Positions 50,143-59,740 are shown, numbered from the stretch's first letter. The stretch is 64,000 nucleotides of DNA from Minisyncoccia bacterium (GCA_049720475.1 JBNASH010000035.1:20015-84014); one strand, 5' to 3'. Program-made: numbers and translations. The notes: generated by a model from the letters alone, not told the origin.

Positions 50143-52671
50143 TTAATTCTGCTTCCGGGCTTCAAATTTTTCATTCTCATAAACTAATAAAACTTTGTCA
50201 CCAGCAGTAAAATCGTTTCTCAAAATTCCCTCAGCCAATAAACTTCTAATATTGTCGCTAATAGCATTTCTTAACGGCCTTGCGCCATAAACCGGGTCAT
50301 AACCAATTGCCACCAATTGTTTAATTACCGATTCATCAAAAATCAGTTCAATACCTTTTTCTTCTTTGAGATTTTTTGCCAAATCATTGAGCAATAAATT
50401 GGTAATAGCAATTAAATCTTCCGGTCGAAGAGGTCTAAAAACGATAATATCTGAAAAACGATTAAGTAATTCTGGTGGGAAATATTCGGTTAATCGCTTT
50501 TTTAATTCCGCTGCAATATCTTTAATATCAACTCCTTCTTCAATTCGTTGCTTAATTAAATTAGAATGAGCGTTGGATGTGGCAATAATGATAGTATTTG
50601 TAAAATCAATGATTCTGCCAAAATTATCGGTTAAACGACCATCATCAAAAACCGAAAGAAAAATATTAAGCAGATCAGGATGAGCCTTTTCAAATTCATC
50701 AAGCAAAATTAAAGCGTATGGTTTTTGACGAATTGACTCCGTTAAAATACCTGCCTTATCTCCTTCGGGCGTCCCAATAAAATCAAAAATGCTTTTTTTG
50801 TCCTGATATTGCGACATATCGAAACGAACCATTGCTTGTTCGGAACCAAACTGAATGCGCGCTAATGTTTTTGCCAATTCGGTTTTACCAACACCAGTTG
50901 GTCCAACAAAAAGAAAAGTTGCAATAGGACCGCCTTTTCTTGATAAACCTGCCCGGTATTCTCGCAAAGCCCTACTCACTTCTTTTACTGCCTCTTCTTG
51001 GTCAATTAAACGTTCGTGAATTATTTCTTCTAGATTAAGCAGTTTTTGCGCCTCTTCTTTGCTCGCCACCGTTAGAGGAACGTTAATTTTTTGTTGAGCC
51101 ACCCGCACAACATCTTCGCTTCTTACTATTTTTTGACCCAGATTTTTAACATCAGCAACTACTTCTTTCAAAAAATCATCAGCACTCAAAGGTAAGAGTT
51201 TGTCTCTAAAATATCGATGAGCGATATTAACAGCGTTTTTAATCGCCGGATAAGTAATTTGGATTTTAAATCTTTTTTCTAAAATTAAAGAAGAATAAAT
51301 CAGAAAAAGTATAGCCTCATTTTCGCTAATTTCTTCTACTCTTACAGTTTCAAATAAACTAATAAAATCTTTTTTGTCTTCTAATTCTCTTTTAAGAATA
51401 TCGGGTGTGGTAGAGCCGATTGTTTGAATCCCTGATTTAGATATCATTGGTATCAATATTTCAGCGGCTTGTAAATAACCCTGCGTTGAAGTTTTAAATA
51501 AATTATGAATATCAGGAATAAATAAAATAATATTATGGGCGACTAAAATTTCATTGATAATTTTTTTCAATCGTTCGGTAATAGTTATTGCATCACAACC
51601 CGCCACCAACTCATCAATTGACAACATTACTAATCTTTTATCAAAAAGTTCTCGCGGCACTTCATCTTTACTAATCAAATAAGCAACATGTCTGACAATA
51701 GCGCCAATACCAACTGATGGTTCACCAACTAAAAGAACATTATTATTGCTAGCCCGAGATAAGATATTAATTACTTGCCTTAATTCTTTTTCATGACCAA
51801 TCAAAAATCCAACCTTTTCCAAACGCGCTAAATTAGTTAAATCAGTGCTAAAATTATCTAATGTGGGCGTTGGTCGAGCGGTCCAAGCGCGATTCATGAT
51901 TCTTTGTCTTTTGTGTTTAAATTCTTTTACAAAAGCGCGTCGTTCTTCAGGTATCACTCGCCATTTTTTAACCTGACTTGCAAATTCGGCAAAAACAGCT
52001 GCTAAAGTGATATCTTTTTCATTCAGTCGAAAATAATTTTTTAATCGCTCAATTTCGCTGTTTTGAATATAAAAAATTGCCGAAAAAACATCTTTGCTTT
52101 TAATATAATTTCTATCGCGCAAAAAATAAGCGGCAGCCACCAATTCACTCACCATCTTAATAATCTCCCTCTTCGCCTTTTTTTCTGAATTTTTGCTTAA
52201 TAAATCATTGATGGCCGCTTCAACTTCTTCGGGTTCAAGTTCTAATTTTTTAAAGACATCTCGAAATCGTTTGGATGTTACAAATTCATTTAATAAATGC
52301 AGATAAAAATTGCCACCTTGTAAAATTGTTTTATCATAGGCGGATTCAATTATCTTTCTAATAGAAATTTCACAATAAGGCAAAAGATTTATTTTTAATT
52401 CGGGGTTTTTTAAAATTTGTTTTTCGAATTGACGGTTAAAAATTTTTTCGGGTCGATTCAAGTTAAGCAAGCGATCAAGAATAAAAAGCACCAAAAAATA
52501 GCCCAAAAATCTCAACGAAGATTCCCTCATTAAAATAAACATTACTGCTAAAACAGTAATTCCAACCCAAAACAAAATAACCATCCAACGCACAAAAACT
52601 CGTTCAAAAAATGTCATCTCCAAACGCGTATCACGATAAAAAAATTGTTCTTTGTTGCCAACGATATTCAT
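50143..52671 (-). CDS. membrane-anchored ClpA/B-like AAA+ ATPase with degenerate NBD1
   Basis: Two N-terminal TMs; NBD1 GEPSVGIG/FIPDIH (degenerate); NBD2 GPTGVGKT, LLDEFEKAH, YGARPLR. Confidence 0.88.
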   Translation of the reverse strand: MNIVGNKEQFFYRDTRLEMTFFERVFVRWMVILFWVGITVLAVMFILMRESSLRFLGYFLVLFILDRLLNLNRPEKIFNRQFEKQILKNPELKINLLPYCEISIRKIIESAYDKTILQGGNFYLHLLNEFVTSKRFRDVFKKLELEPEEVEAAINDLLSKNSEKKAKREIIKMVSELVAAAYFLRDRNYIKSKDVFSAIFYIQNSEIERLKNYFRLNEKDITLAAVFAEFASQVKKWRVIPEERRAFVKEFKHKRQRIMNRAWTARPTPTLDNFSTDLTNLARLEKVGFLIGHEKELRQVINILSRASNNNVLLVGEPSVGIGAIVRHVAYLISKDEVPRELFDKRLVMLSIDELVAGCDAITITERLKKIINEILVAHNIILFIPDIHNLFKTSTQGYLQAAEILIPMISKSGIQTIGSTTPDILKRELEDKKDFISLFETVRVEEISENEAILFLIYSSLILEKRFKIQITYPAIKNAVNIAHRYFRDKLLPLSADDFLKEVVADVKNLGQKIVRSEDVVRVAQQKINVPLTVASKEEAQKLLNLEEIIHERLIDQEEAVKEVSRALREYRAGLSRKGGPIATFLFVGPTGVGKTELAKTLARIQFGSEQAMVRFDMSQYQDKKSIFDFIGTPEGDKAGILTESIRQKPYALILLDEFEKAHPDLLNIFLSVFDDGRLTDNFGRIIDFTNTIIIATSNAHSNLIKQRIEEGVDIKDIAAELKKRLTEYFPPELLNRFSDIIVFRPLRPEDLIAITNLLLNDLAKNLKEEKGIELIFDESVIKQLVAIGYDPVYGARPLRNAISDNIRSLLAEGILRNDFTAGDKVLLVYENEKFEARKQN

Positions 52672-52672
52672 A

Positions 52673-53017
52673 CTAAGCAATAGCTTTAACTAATAAAAAG
52701 AAGGGCACAAAAGCCCAGAGTAAATAACAAAACATTACAAAAACGACCACAATTAAATAAATCAGCGACCCCAATAAAATTCTTAATGTTCTAAAAATAA
52801 ATCCTAAAATATAGCCAACAATGGTTCGATCTTGATAAAGAGGTTCAAACCAGTGTCGAATGGTGATTTTGACCGCAAAAATTTTATCCAATTTTTCTAA
52901 GTTTTTTAAAAGAAAATCCCAAAAACCAACAAAACTATTAACATACCAATCTTTTAAAAAGATTTTGATTCTTTTAAAAGCAAGGGAAAAAAGGTAAAAA
53001 ATGGCGAATCGATTCAT
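52673..53017 (-). CDS. small membrane protein, co-transcribed partner of the TM-Clp ATPase
   Basis: HWFEPLYQD, GFIFRTLRI, C-terminal TM hairpin; abuts the Clp start. Confidence 0.75.
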   Translation of the reverse strand: MNRFAIFYLFSLAFKRIKIFLKDWYVNSFVGFWDFLLKNLEKLDKIFAVKITIRHWFEPLYQDRTIVGYILGFIFRTLRILLGSLIYLIVVVFVMFCYLLWAFVPFFLLVKAIA

Positions 53018-53041
53018 AATTAAATTATATATCAAAATATT

Positions 53042-53608
53042 TTATTTATCCATTTGCCTCAAAGAAAATTCACAGCCACAATATTTCTGATGATAAAGAT
53101 TTAATTTTTTGGCCAATTCTCTCGTTTTTTTCCACAATTCTTTTTTATCTTTTTGAAACATCTTTTCAATCTCTGAAAAAGCTAAAAAAGTAATTTCTCC
53201 ATTCAAACTCATTTTCCTGCCTATTTCATTTATTAAATCTTCTGATTTATAAGGGCTAATTGGTAGTGTTGTTGAAAAATATTTAATTTTGTTTTGAAGC
53301 GCATAATCTATTGTTTTCCCCAAACGTTCTTGAAAACAAACTTCGCATCTTTTTCCTCCTTCGGCTTCTTTTTCTAGCCCCTTTACTTTTTCTACCCAAC
53401 TATCATGATCGTACTTTTCAACAATTAAATCCACTTGATACTCTTGAGCCAATTTTTTAACCGATTCCAAACGCTTGTAATATTCCTCTTCTGGCCAAAT
53501 GTTTGAATTGCAATAATACAAAATCACTTCAAATTTTTCTTTTAAAAGTTCGATGAGATAAGCGCCACAAACTGCGCAACAAATATGTAATAAAATTTTT
53601 TCTTTCAT
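53042..53608 (-). CDS. queH: epoxyqueuosine reductase QueH
   Basis: LLHICCAVC, NSNIWPEEEY, EGGKRCEVC, ISPYK, YHQKYCGCEFS. Confidence 0.93.
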   Translation of the reverse strand: MKEKILLHICCAVCGAYLIELLKEKFEVILYYCNSNIWPEEEYYKRLESVKKLAQEYQVDLIVEKYDHDSWVEKVKGLEKEAEGGKRCEVCFQERLGKTIDYALQNKIKYFSTTLPISPYKSEDLINEIGRKMSLNGEITFLAFSEIEKMFQKDKKELWKKTRELAKKLNLYHQKYCGCEFSLRQMDK

Positions 53609-54708
53609 ATTTTATTCTTCTTTATCGCCTGACGAATTTCTCTGATTAAATCAAGATAAAATTTTAAATTATGGAGAGTGGCCAGACGGTAATAAAGCAG
53701 TTCGTTATTTTTATAAAGATGGTGTAAATAGGCCAGACTAAAATTCCGGCAGTTTTCACAATCACAATATAGATCTAATTTTTTACTACTTTCTTTATAT
53801 TTGCTTTTGCCAATTTCAACAATCTCATATTTTAAATTATTGTTAATTAAAATATTCTTATTTTTTCTCACAAAAAGCTCGCCATGACGCGCATGGCGCG
53901 TTGGAATCACACAATCAAACATATCTATACCCTTTAAAATAGCTTTAAAAATTTGTTCTGGGTAACCAACGCCCATTAAATAACGTGGTTTATTTTGCGG
54001 TAAATGCGGGATTAAAAAATCTATCATCTCAAACATTTTCTTCTCTGGCTCGCCAACAGCCAACCCACCAATCGCATAACCATCAAAATCAAGCATTAAT
54101 AATTCATTTAAGCTTTTTTCTCTTAAATCCTTATAAATTCCTCCTTGAATAATTCCAAAAATTAAATTTTTAAAATGTGTCCGCTCAGCATAACGCTTTG
54201 ATCTTTTGGCCCATAAAGTAGTGATCTCCACCGCTTTTTTGACTTCTTCTTTTTTGGAAGGATAACCCACGCAATAATCCAATACCATCGCAATATCAGA
54301 ATTAAAATTTTTTTGAATGTCTAAAACTTTTTCAGGGGTTAAAAAAATTTTTTGGCCATCAACTTCTGAACGAAATTCTACTCCAGCTAAGTTAATTTTT
54401 CTTAATGGCGATAAAGAAAAAACTTGGTAGCCACCGGAATCGGTTAAAATCGGCCTCTGCCAATTCATAAAACCATGGAGTCCATTTAATTTTTTTATAA
54501 TTTTATCGCCCGGTCGTTGAAAAAGATGATAAGTATTGGCTAAAATAATTTCCGTGCCAATATTCAAAAGATCATTGCTTGTTAAAGCCTTAACGCTGCC
54601 ACGAGTAGCAATAGGCATAAAAAAGGGTGTTTTAATTGCTCCATGTAAAGTTTTTAATTCACCCAAACGGGCAGCGCTTTTTTTAGATTTTTTAATTACT
54701 TTAAACAT
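53605..54708 (-). CDS. tgt: tRNA-guanine(34) transglycosylase
   Basis: TPFFMPIAT, NTYHL, LTDSGGYQVFSL, IGGLAVGE, DMFDCVIPTR, CDCENC. Confidence 0.97.
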   Translation of the reverse strand: MFKVIKKSKKSAARLGELKTLHGAIKTPFFMPIATRGSVKALTSNDLLNIGTEIILANTYHLFQRPGDKIIKKLNGLHGFMNWQRPILTDSGGYQVFSLSPLRKINLAGVEFRSEVDGQKIFLTPEKVLDIQKNFNSDIAMVLDYCVGYPSKKEEVKKAVEITTLWAKRSKRYAERTHFKNLIFGIIQGGIYKDLREKSLNELLMLDFDGYAIGGLAVGEPEKKMFEMIDFLIPHLPQNKPRYLMGVGYPEQIFKAILKGIDMFDCVIPTRHARHGELFVRKNKNILINNNLKYEIVEIGKSKYKESSKKLDLYCDCENCRNFSLAYLHHLYKNNELLYYRLATLHNLKFYLDLIREIRQAIKKNKI

Positions 54709-54710
54709 AT

Positions 54711-55985
54711 TTAAAATAAGGTGCTGGTTGGAGCTATTACTTCATTTTCTCCAAAAATTTTTATCTTTCCATACTCGCCATCAAAACCAGGTCGAATATT
54801 TAATTTACCATTGCGCACCCGATCAATCGCCTCTTTTAATTCATAGCTCGACTCTTTTTCAATTTCTTTCAGATCCACATCTAATAAAATTTTAAGTTCG
54901 TTACCAAAAATATTAATTAATCTTTCAAATTCATTTTGAACCTTTTTTGATTGCGGTGTTGTTTTTAAAACCTCGGCCAAAATTTCTTCTAACGGAACCA
55001 TCTTTTTGTATGGCGGCCGATCTTTAGCAATATAATTTTCATCCCGATCAGCCAAATCTTCCACTCGATGCATTACTCCAATGGTCAATGGCCGGTGGCA
55101 TTTAGAACAAATGTTGTTTAATTTTTTGCTTTCCTTTGGCGATAAAACTACATTACATAATCTATGGCCATCATAATGATATTTCCCTTCTTCTGGGAAA
55201 AATTCAATAGTGAAAAGAAACTTTTGTGAATTTTTGCGATAATTAACCGGGATGCCAAATTTGATTGCTTCAATAATTTCTTTATAAGAAAGTTCGGTAT
55301 CGAAAACATTTGCTTCGCGACCAATTTTTGATAAAGAATGAGAGTCGGAATTAGAAATAATGGCTAAATTATCTAGCCGGGATAAACGCCAATTCATCTG
55401 AGGATCAGAAGACAAACCCGTTTCAATAGCAAAAATTTTAGGAGTGTATTCTTTGCCGAAGCATTCCTCTAAAGAATCGAATCCCGACATTGAGCCAAAA
55501 AGCGAAAACCAAGGCGTCCAAATATGAGCAGGGATTATAACAATTTCATCTGAAATAGAAAAAAGAAGCTTACAAAGTTCAATTGTTGATAATCCCAAAA
55601 TCGGCCGACCATCAGATGCTAAATTCCCTTGCCAACTTAGAGCCACATTAATTTTTTCCACCACTTCAAAAGATGGCGCTAAAATTAAATGATGAATTCT
55701 TCGCGTTTTACCGCCCTGAGAATAAATGCAAGAGATTTCTGTTGACAAAATAAAGCGGCTAATGTTTTTTTCATCATTGTCTTTCTTAAATTTAAACAAA
55801 CCGGGTTCAGCCGGCTCTAAATTTTCTTTTAATTCTTGAAACCATTGGGGATGGGTAAAATCGCCTGTTCCTAAAATATTAATCCCTTTCTTTTTCATCC
55901 ATAAATTTAAATTTTCAACCGTAATATCTCGCGCGGTCGCTCGAGAAAAACGAGAATGAATATGAAAATCGGCAATTAACTTCAT
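54711..55985 (-). CDS. endonuclease Q-family PHP-domain protein
   Basis: DFHIHSRFSRAT, GTGDFTHP, PAHIWTPW, ETGLSSD, SNSDSHS, EEGKYH, CSKC, GFDGEYG. Confidence 0.9.
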   Translation of the reverse strand: MKLIADFHIHSRFSRATARDITVENLNLWMKKKGINILGTGDFTHPQWFQELKENLEPAEPGLFKFKKDNDEKNISRFILSTEISCIYSQGGKTRRIHHLILAPSFEVVEKINVALSWQGNLASDGRPILGLSTIELCKLLFSISDEIVIIPAHIWTPWFSLFGSMSGFDSLEECFGKEYTPKIFAIETGLSSDPQMNWRLSRLDNLAIISNSDSHSLSKIGREANVFDTELSYKEIIEAIKFGIPVNYRKNSQKFLFTIEFFPEEGKYHYDGHRLCNVVLSPKESKKLNNICSKCHRPLTIGVMHRVEDLADRDENYIAKDRPPYKKMVPLEEILAEVLKTTPQSKKVQNEFERLINIFGNELKILLDVDLKEIEKESSYELKEAIDRVRNGKLNIRPGFDGEYGKIKIFGENEVIAPTSTLF

Positions 55986-56542
55986 AATTTATAAATATAA
56001 ATTGTTTCTAATTTTTTAGGAGATTCTATTATTTTTATCGGTTTTAAAGTGGGAAAGGTAAAAGTATTAGAAATAACAATTGATCCTTTTTTCGCTTCTT
56101 TTTTTATTTTTGGTTCTAATTTTAAAAGAAGTTCGGGAAAAAGAAAAGTATAAATATAGTCAAATTGCGATAAATTAACTTTGAATATATCGGCGCAATA
56201 AAATTTTAAATTAGACCGACGATTAAAAATTTTTGCAAATAAATAAAGCAGTTGATTATTTTCATAACCAACAAATTGAACCTTTGGAAATTTTTTGGCC
56301 AAGTCATAAATAAATCCCCCATCGCCAGATCCTAAATCACAAAAACTATTATTTGGTTTCAAAATATCCAGTTCTTTTAATCGTTCTACAATAATCTTTT
56401 TTGATTTCACAAAGGGCACCCCTGTCTTTAAACTTGAGATCCAAAAGGCCAAAAAAATAAATAATAAAACAACTCCTAATAAAACCAAAACAAATAAAAT
56501 AAAAAATAAAATAAAATAAGCGAATGGCAAAGAGAAATCCAT
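55982..56542 (-). CDS. membrane-anchored class I SAM methyltransferase
   Basis: N-terminal TM, GVPFVKS, DLGSGDG, GYE, VISNTF. Confidence 0.85.
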   Translation of the reverse strand: MDFSLPFAYFILFFILFVLVLLGVVLLFIFLAFWISSLKTGVPFVKSKKIIVERLKELDILKPNNSFCDLGSGDGGFIYDLAKKFPKVQFVGYENNQLLYLFAKIFNRRSNLKFYCADIFKVNLSQFDYIYTFLFPELLLKLEPKIKKEAKKGSIVISNTFTFPTLKPIKIIESPKKLETIYIYKL

Positions 56543-56627
56543 AAAGCAATTATACCGCAAAAAATCAAAAAAGAAAGTTTGAAAAAAAAGATTTTGTCAT
56601 TATAATAACAAAAGAGTATTGGCCCTT

Positions 56628-56715
56628 GGAGGCGTGGCCGAGTGGTTTATGGCGCTGGTCTTGAAAACCAGTTGAGGGCAAAACCCTCTCGGAGGTTCGA
56701 ATCCTCCCGCCTCCG
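56628..56715 (+). tRNA. tRNA-Ser(TGA)
   Basis: GGAGGCG acceptor, CTGGT-CTTGAAA-ACCAG, long variable arm, GGTTCGAATCC. Confidence 0.95.
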
Positions 56716-56756
56716 CTAAATAAAATATCCCACACTTTGGTGGGACATTTTGTTTT

Positions 56757-57407
56757 TTATTTTCTACATTTCACAGCGGTTTTTTTATCAAAATTAATAT
56801 CGAAATCATCAAAAACTGGTTTTAGCCGATTCTGAAAAACATAAAGCAGAGGAATCATTATTTCCCGCATTTGCGGATGAGAGGCTGGACTACAACGTAA
56901 AGCAAAAATGTGTCGCCATTCACGCAGATTTGCCGTAACAAAAACTTCGGTTTTTAAAGAATTAGGCAAAACACTTCTAGCCTCTTCGGGTTTTAAACCA
57001 TGTTTTCTTAAATTAAAATAAAATTCTTCAGCGGCCTTCATTGCCTTTTCCCAAATTTTGTATTCTTTTGTTCCTTCTTGCAAAAAACAGGGTTTAATAA
57101 AAATCAGCTCCCCTTTTTTCTGATAATCACAATAACGCGTTGATTCCTGAGTATAACTCGCTATTCGATGTCTGACTAATTCATGGGATACGCCCCGATC
57201 GCAAATGATAATAACAGATATTTCCACGTGTTCCAAAACACTTTCGTGGCCCATTTTAATCAATCTTCTTACAAAATCTTCAGCTGATTCCGGAGTAATT
57301 CTGTCTTCGCTTTTGTGCGCAATTCTACCGGCTCGTTCTATTTTTTTCAAAATAGATTCCCTCTCTAAATAAGTGACAATTTCAAAAGACGGCTCAATAA
57401 TTTGCAT
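56757..57407 (-). CDS. thyX: flavin-dependent thymidylate synthase
   Basis: GHESVLEH, SHELVRHRIASYTQESTRY, EARSVLP, ANLREWRH, HPQMRE; SD AAGGAGG. Confidence 0.95.
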   Translation of the reverse strand: MQIIEPSFEIVTYLERESILKKIERAGRIAHKSEDRITPESAEDFVRRLIKMGHESVLEHVEISVIIICDRGVSHELVRHRIASYTQESTRYCDYQKKGELIFIKPCFLQEGTKEYKIWEKAMKAAEEFYFNLRKHGLKPEEARSVLPNSLKTEVFVTANLREWRHIFALRCSPASHPQMREIMIPLLYVFQNRLKPVFDDFDINFDKKTAVKCRK

Positions 57408-57459
57408 TATCGCCTCCTTATTTAAAAATTAAATTGCCATTCCTTTTATACTCTATTTT

Positions 57460-59337
57460 TTATTCTTTGACAAGTTTTTTCAAAATTTCTTGAAGCTCTT
57501 CTTCAGAAAAGAAATTAATGGTAATCTTTCCCTTATTGCCGCGTCTTTTCACTTCAACTTTTGTGCCAAAAATTTCTTCTAATTTTCTTTCAATCTCTTT
57601 TTCCAAAGCATCACCCAAATCGCTGACTGAAACTTCTTGATGTTTTTGAACAAACTGACCAAGAGGCATTTCTAAAATACGCCTTGTTAAAATTTCAGTT
57701 TCTCTCACCGTTAATTTTCGCGATAAAATTTCACCAAGCAATGCTCTTTGCTTTTCCGGATTTTGAATAGTCAAAAGTAAACGAGCATGTGACTCAGTAA
57801 TTTTTCCTTCTTCCAAAGCTCTTTGCGCTTCAGAAGGTAATTCTAAAAGCCGCAACATATTCGCCACATAAGCGCGACTTTTTCCAATACGTTCCGCAAT
57901 CTCTCTTTGTGGTAAACCAAATTCATCAGCTAATTTGGCAAAACCCCTAGCAGTTTCTAAAGGATTTAAATCTGCTCTTTGAATATTTTCAATAATGGCA
58001 GCTTCTAATTTTTGCCTCTCTTCCAAAGACGGCCGAACAATCGCCGGCACTCTTTCCAATCCCAATAACTGCGCCGCCCGCAATCGTCTTTCACCAGCAA
58101 TTAATTGATACTCCACTCTTCTTCCAAAGTCCGTTTCTTTCTCAATGCGCGAAACAATCAGTGGTTGTAAAATACCATATTCACGAATAGAATCAGCTAA
58201 TTCTTTAAGTGATTCATCATCAAAATTTTTTCGTGGCTGATAAGGATTGGGTTTAATTTTATCAACTTCAATTAAATATACTGCCTCCCGAATCGGACCC
58301 AAATCTTCTTCAATTAAATTCTTCATTTCTTCTTTTTGTTCTGTTTTTTCTTCAATCTTTTCTTCAGTCTTTGGCTCATTAAAAATTATTTCTTTTTCAT
58401 TTCTTTCGCTCTTTAATTCTGGCCATAAAATTTCTGGATAAATACCTTGTTTAATCAAATTGCTAATCGCTTCCTGAACTTTTGGTTTGTCTTCGGGATA
58501 AGTCACGCCAAACCATTTATCTTCAGTTGGCAAAACTGTTACCTGAGCTCGTTTTTCGCGCAATAATTGACCAATAATTTCAGAAATATAAAATTCGCTT
58601 TTCTCTGGATTTTGAAGATTTAATAAAAATTTATAAAAACGCGTTTCCAATTCATAAAAGATACTGGGCGTAAAACCAAAAAAATTCATTGAAACAATTT
58701 CATCGCCCGTTAATTTCAACCAGGTATCAAATTCCTCAAATTTAATTCCATCTTCGAATTTTTGAATTTTTGTTCGTTCTTTTAAATCAATTAAATATCC
58801 TTCGGGTGAAATTTCACAAACGCCGCGCGAGACAGCACCGTAATCTGAAAGAGTGTTTTTCAATTGATAACCAATCATTAAATAGTGGTACAAACCTTCT
58901 TCATCACTTAAATCTTTTAACGCATCGGCCATTTTAATAAAAGCATCGCGACCATAAAAATCATCGGAATTAATAATAGCAAAGTTAGAGTCAATAACAT
59001 TTTGGCAAAGCAAAATTGCATGGCCCGTTCCCCAAGGTTTCGTTCGGTTGGCCGACAAAGAAAACCATGATGGTAATCCTTTATTTAAATCTTGAAAAAC
59101 ATAAGAAACTTTAAAAATTTTTTCAGCTTGATTACCAATCTTTTCTTTAAAAATTTCTTCTATATCTTTGCGAATCACAAAAACAACATGATTAAAACCA
59201 GCCTGTTTGGCATCATAAAGAGAATAGTCAATGATTAATTCTCCATTAGGACCAACTGGATCAACTTGTTTTAATCCGCCATAGCGACTGCCCATTCCAG
59301 CCGCCAAAACTACCAATGTTAAATCTTTACTTTCCAT
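57460..59337 (-). CDS. fusion: sugar-phosphate nucleotidyltransferase (aa 1-305) plus ParB/Spo0J (aa ~338-625)
   Basis: LAAGMGSRYGGLKQ, KPWGTGHA, INSDDFYG, WFGVTY; then PNPYQPRKNF, GILQPL, IAGERRLRA, ENIQRADL, HTH EIAERIGKSRAYVANMLRLL. Confidence 0.88.
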   Translation of the reverse strand: MESKDLTLVVLAAGMGSRYGGLKQVDPVGPNGELIIDYSLYDAKQAGFNHVVFVIRKDIEEIFKEKIGNQAEKIFKVSYVFQDLNKGLPSWFSLSANRTKPWGTGHAILLCQNVIDSNFAIINSDDFYGRDAFIKMADALKDLSDEEGLYHYLMIGYQLKNTLSDYGAVSRGVCEISPEGYLIDLKERTKIQKFEDGIKFEEFDTWLKLTGDEIVSMNFFGFTPSIFYELETRFYKFLLNLQNPEKSEFYISEIIGQLLREKRAQVTVLPTEDKWFGVTYPEDKPKVQEAISNLIKQGIYPEILWPELKSERNEKEIIFNEPKTEEKIEEKTEQKEEMKNLIEEDLGPIREAVYLIEVDKIKPNPYQPRKNFDDESLKELADSIREYGILQPLIVSRIEKETDFGRRVEYQLIAGERRLRAAQLLGLERVPAIVRPSLEERQKLEAAIIENIQRADLNPLETARGFAKLADEFGLPQREIAERIGKSRAYVANMLRLLELPSEAQRALEEGKITESHARLLLTIQNPEKQRALLGEILSRKLTVRETEILTRRILEMPLGQFVQKHQEVSVSDLGDALEKEIERKLEEIFGTKVEVKRRGNKGKITINFFSEEELQEILKKLVKE

Positions 59338-59371
59338 AACTTTTATTTTATTAAAGCAAAAAAATAAACAA

Positions 59372-59400
59372 TTGACAAGAAAATTTTTTAAAATTAAAAT
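59372..59400 (+). promoter_or_regulatory. sigma70 promoter upstream of tRNA-Leu(TAA)
   Basis: TTGACA-17-TAAAAT. Confidence 0.6.
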
Positions 59401-59454
59401 TGAATTGTTGCTACTTGAAAAAATTTTAGAATACGCTAAATTTTTATAAAGATT

Positions 59455-59540
59455 GCCCAGGTGGCGGAATTGGCATACGCGGAGGACTTAAAATCCTCTG
59501 TCTTTCAAAAGACTTGTGGGTTCGAGTCCCACCCTGGGCA
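59455..59540 (+). tRNA. tRNA-Leu(TAA)
   Basis: GCCCAGG acceptor, GAGGA-CTTAAAA-TCCTC, variable arm GTCTTT/AAAGAC, GGTTCGAGTCC. Confidence 0.95.
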
Positions 59541-59542
59541 CA

Positions 59543-59740
59543 AATGAGCGAAGCGAATTTGGGCCCAGGGAGAAAGCCAACTGCTTGGCTTTCGTTGGGA
59601 CGAGAAAGCCCGCAGCGATGGGCGAGTTTGAGCGAAGCGAAAGGCGAGCACCGCGAGGGGCGGCCTGCGAGAATCTGCCCTGCCTGCCGGTAGGCAGGCG
59701 TCAGGCAGATTACTTGTAGGCGAGTCCCACCCTGGGCACA
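59543..59740 (+). mobile_element. small GC-rich nested palindromic element bounded by a duplication of the tRNA 3' end
   Basis: Exact 20-bp direct repeat CGAGTCCCACCCTGGGCACA at 59523-59542 and 59721-59740; internal inverted copy, GAGCGAAGCGA twice, CCTGCCTGCCGGTAGGCAGG palindrome. Confidence 0.7.
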
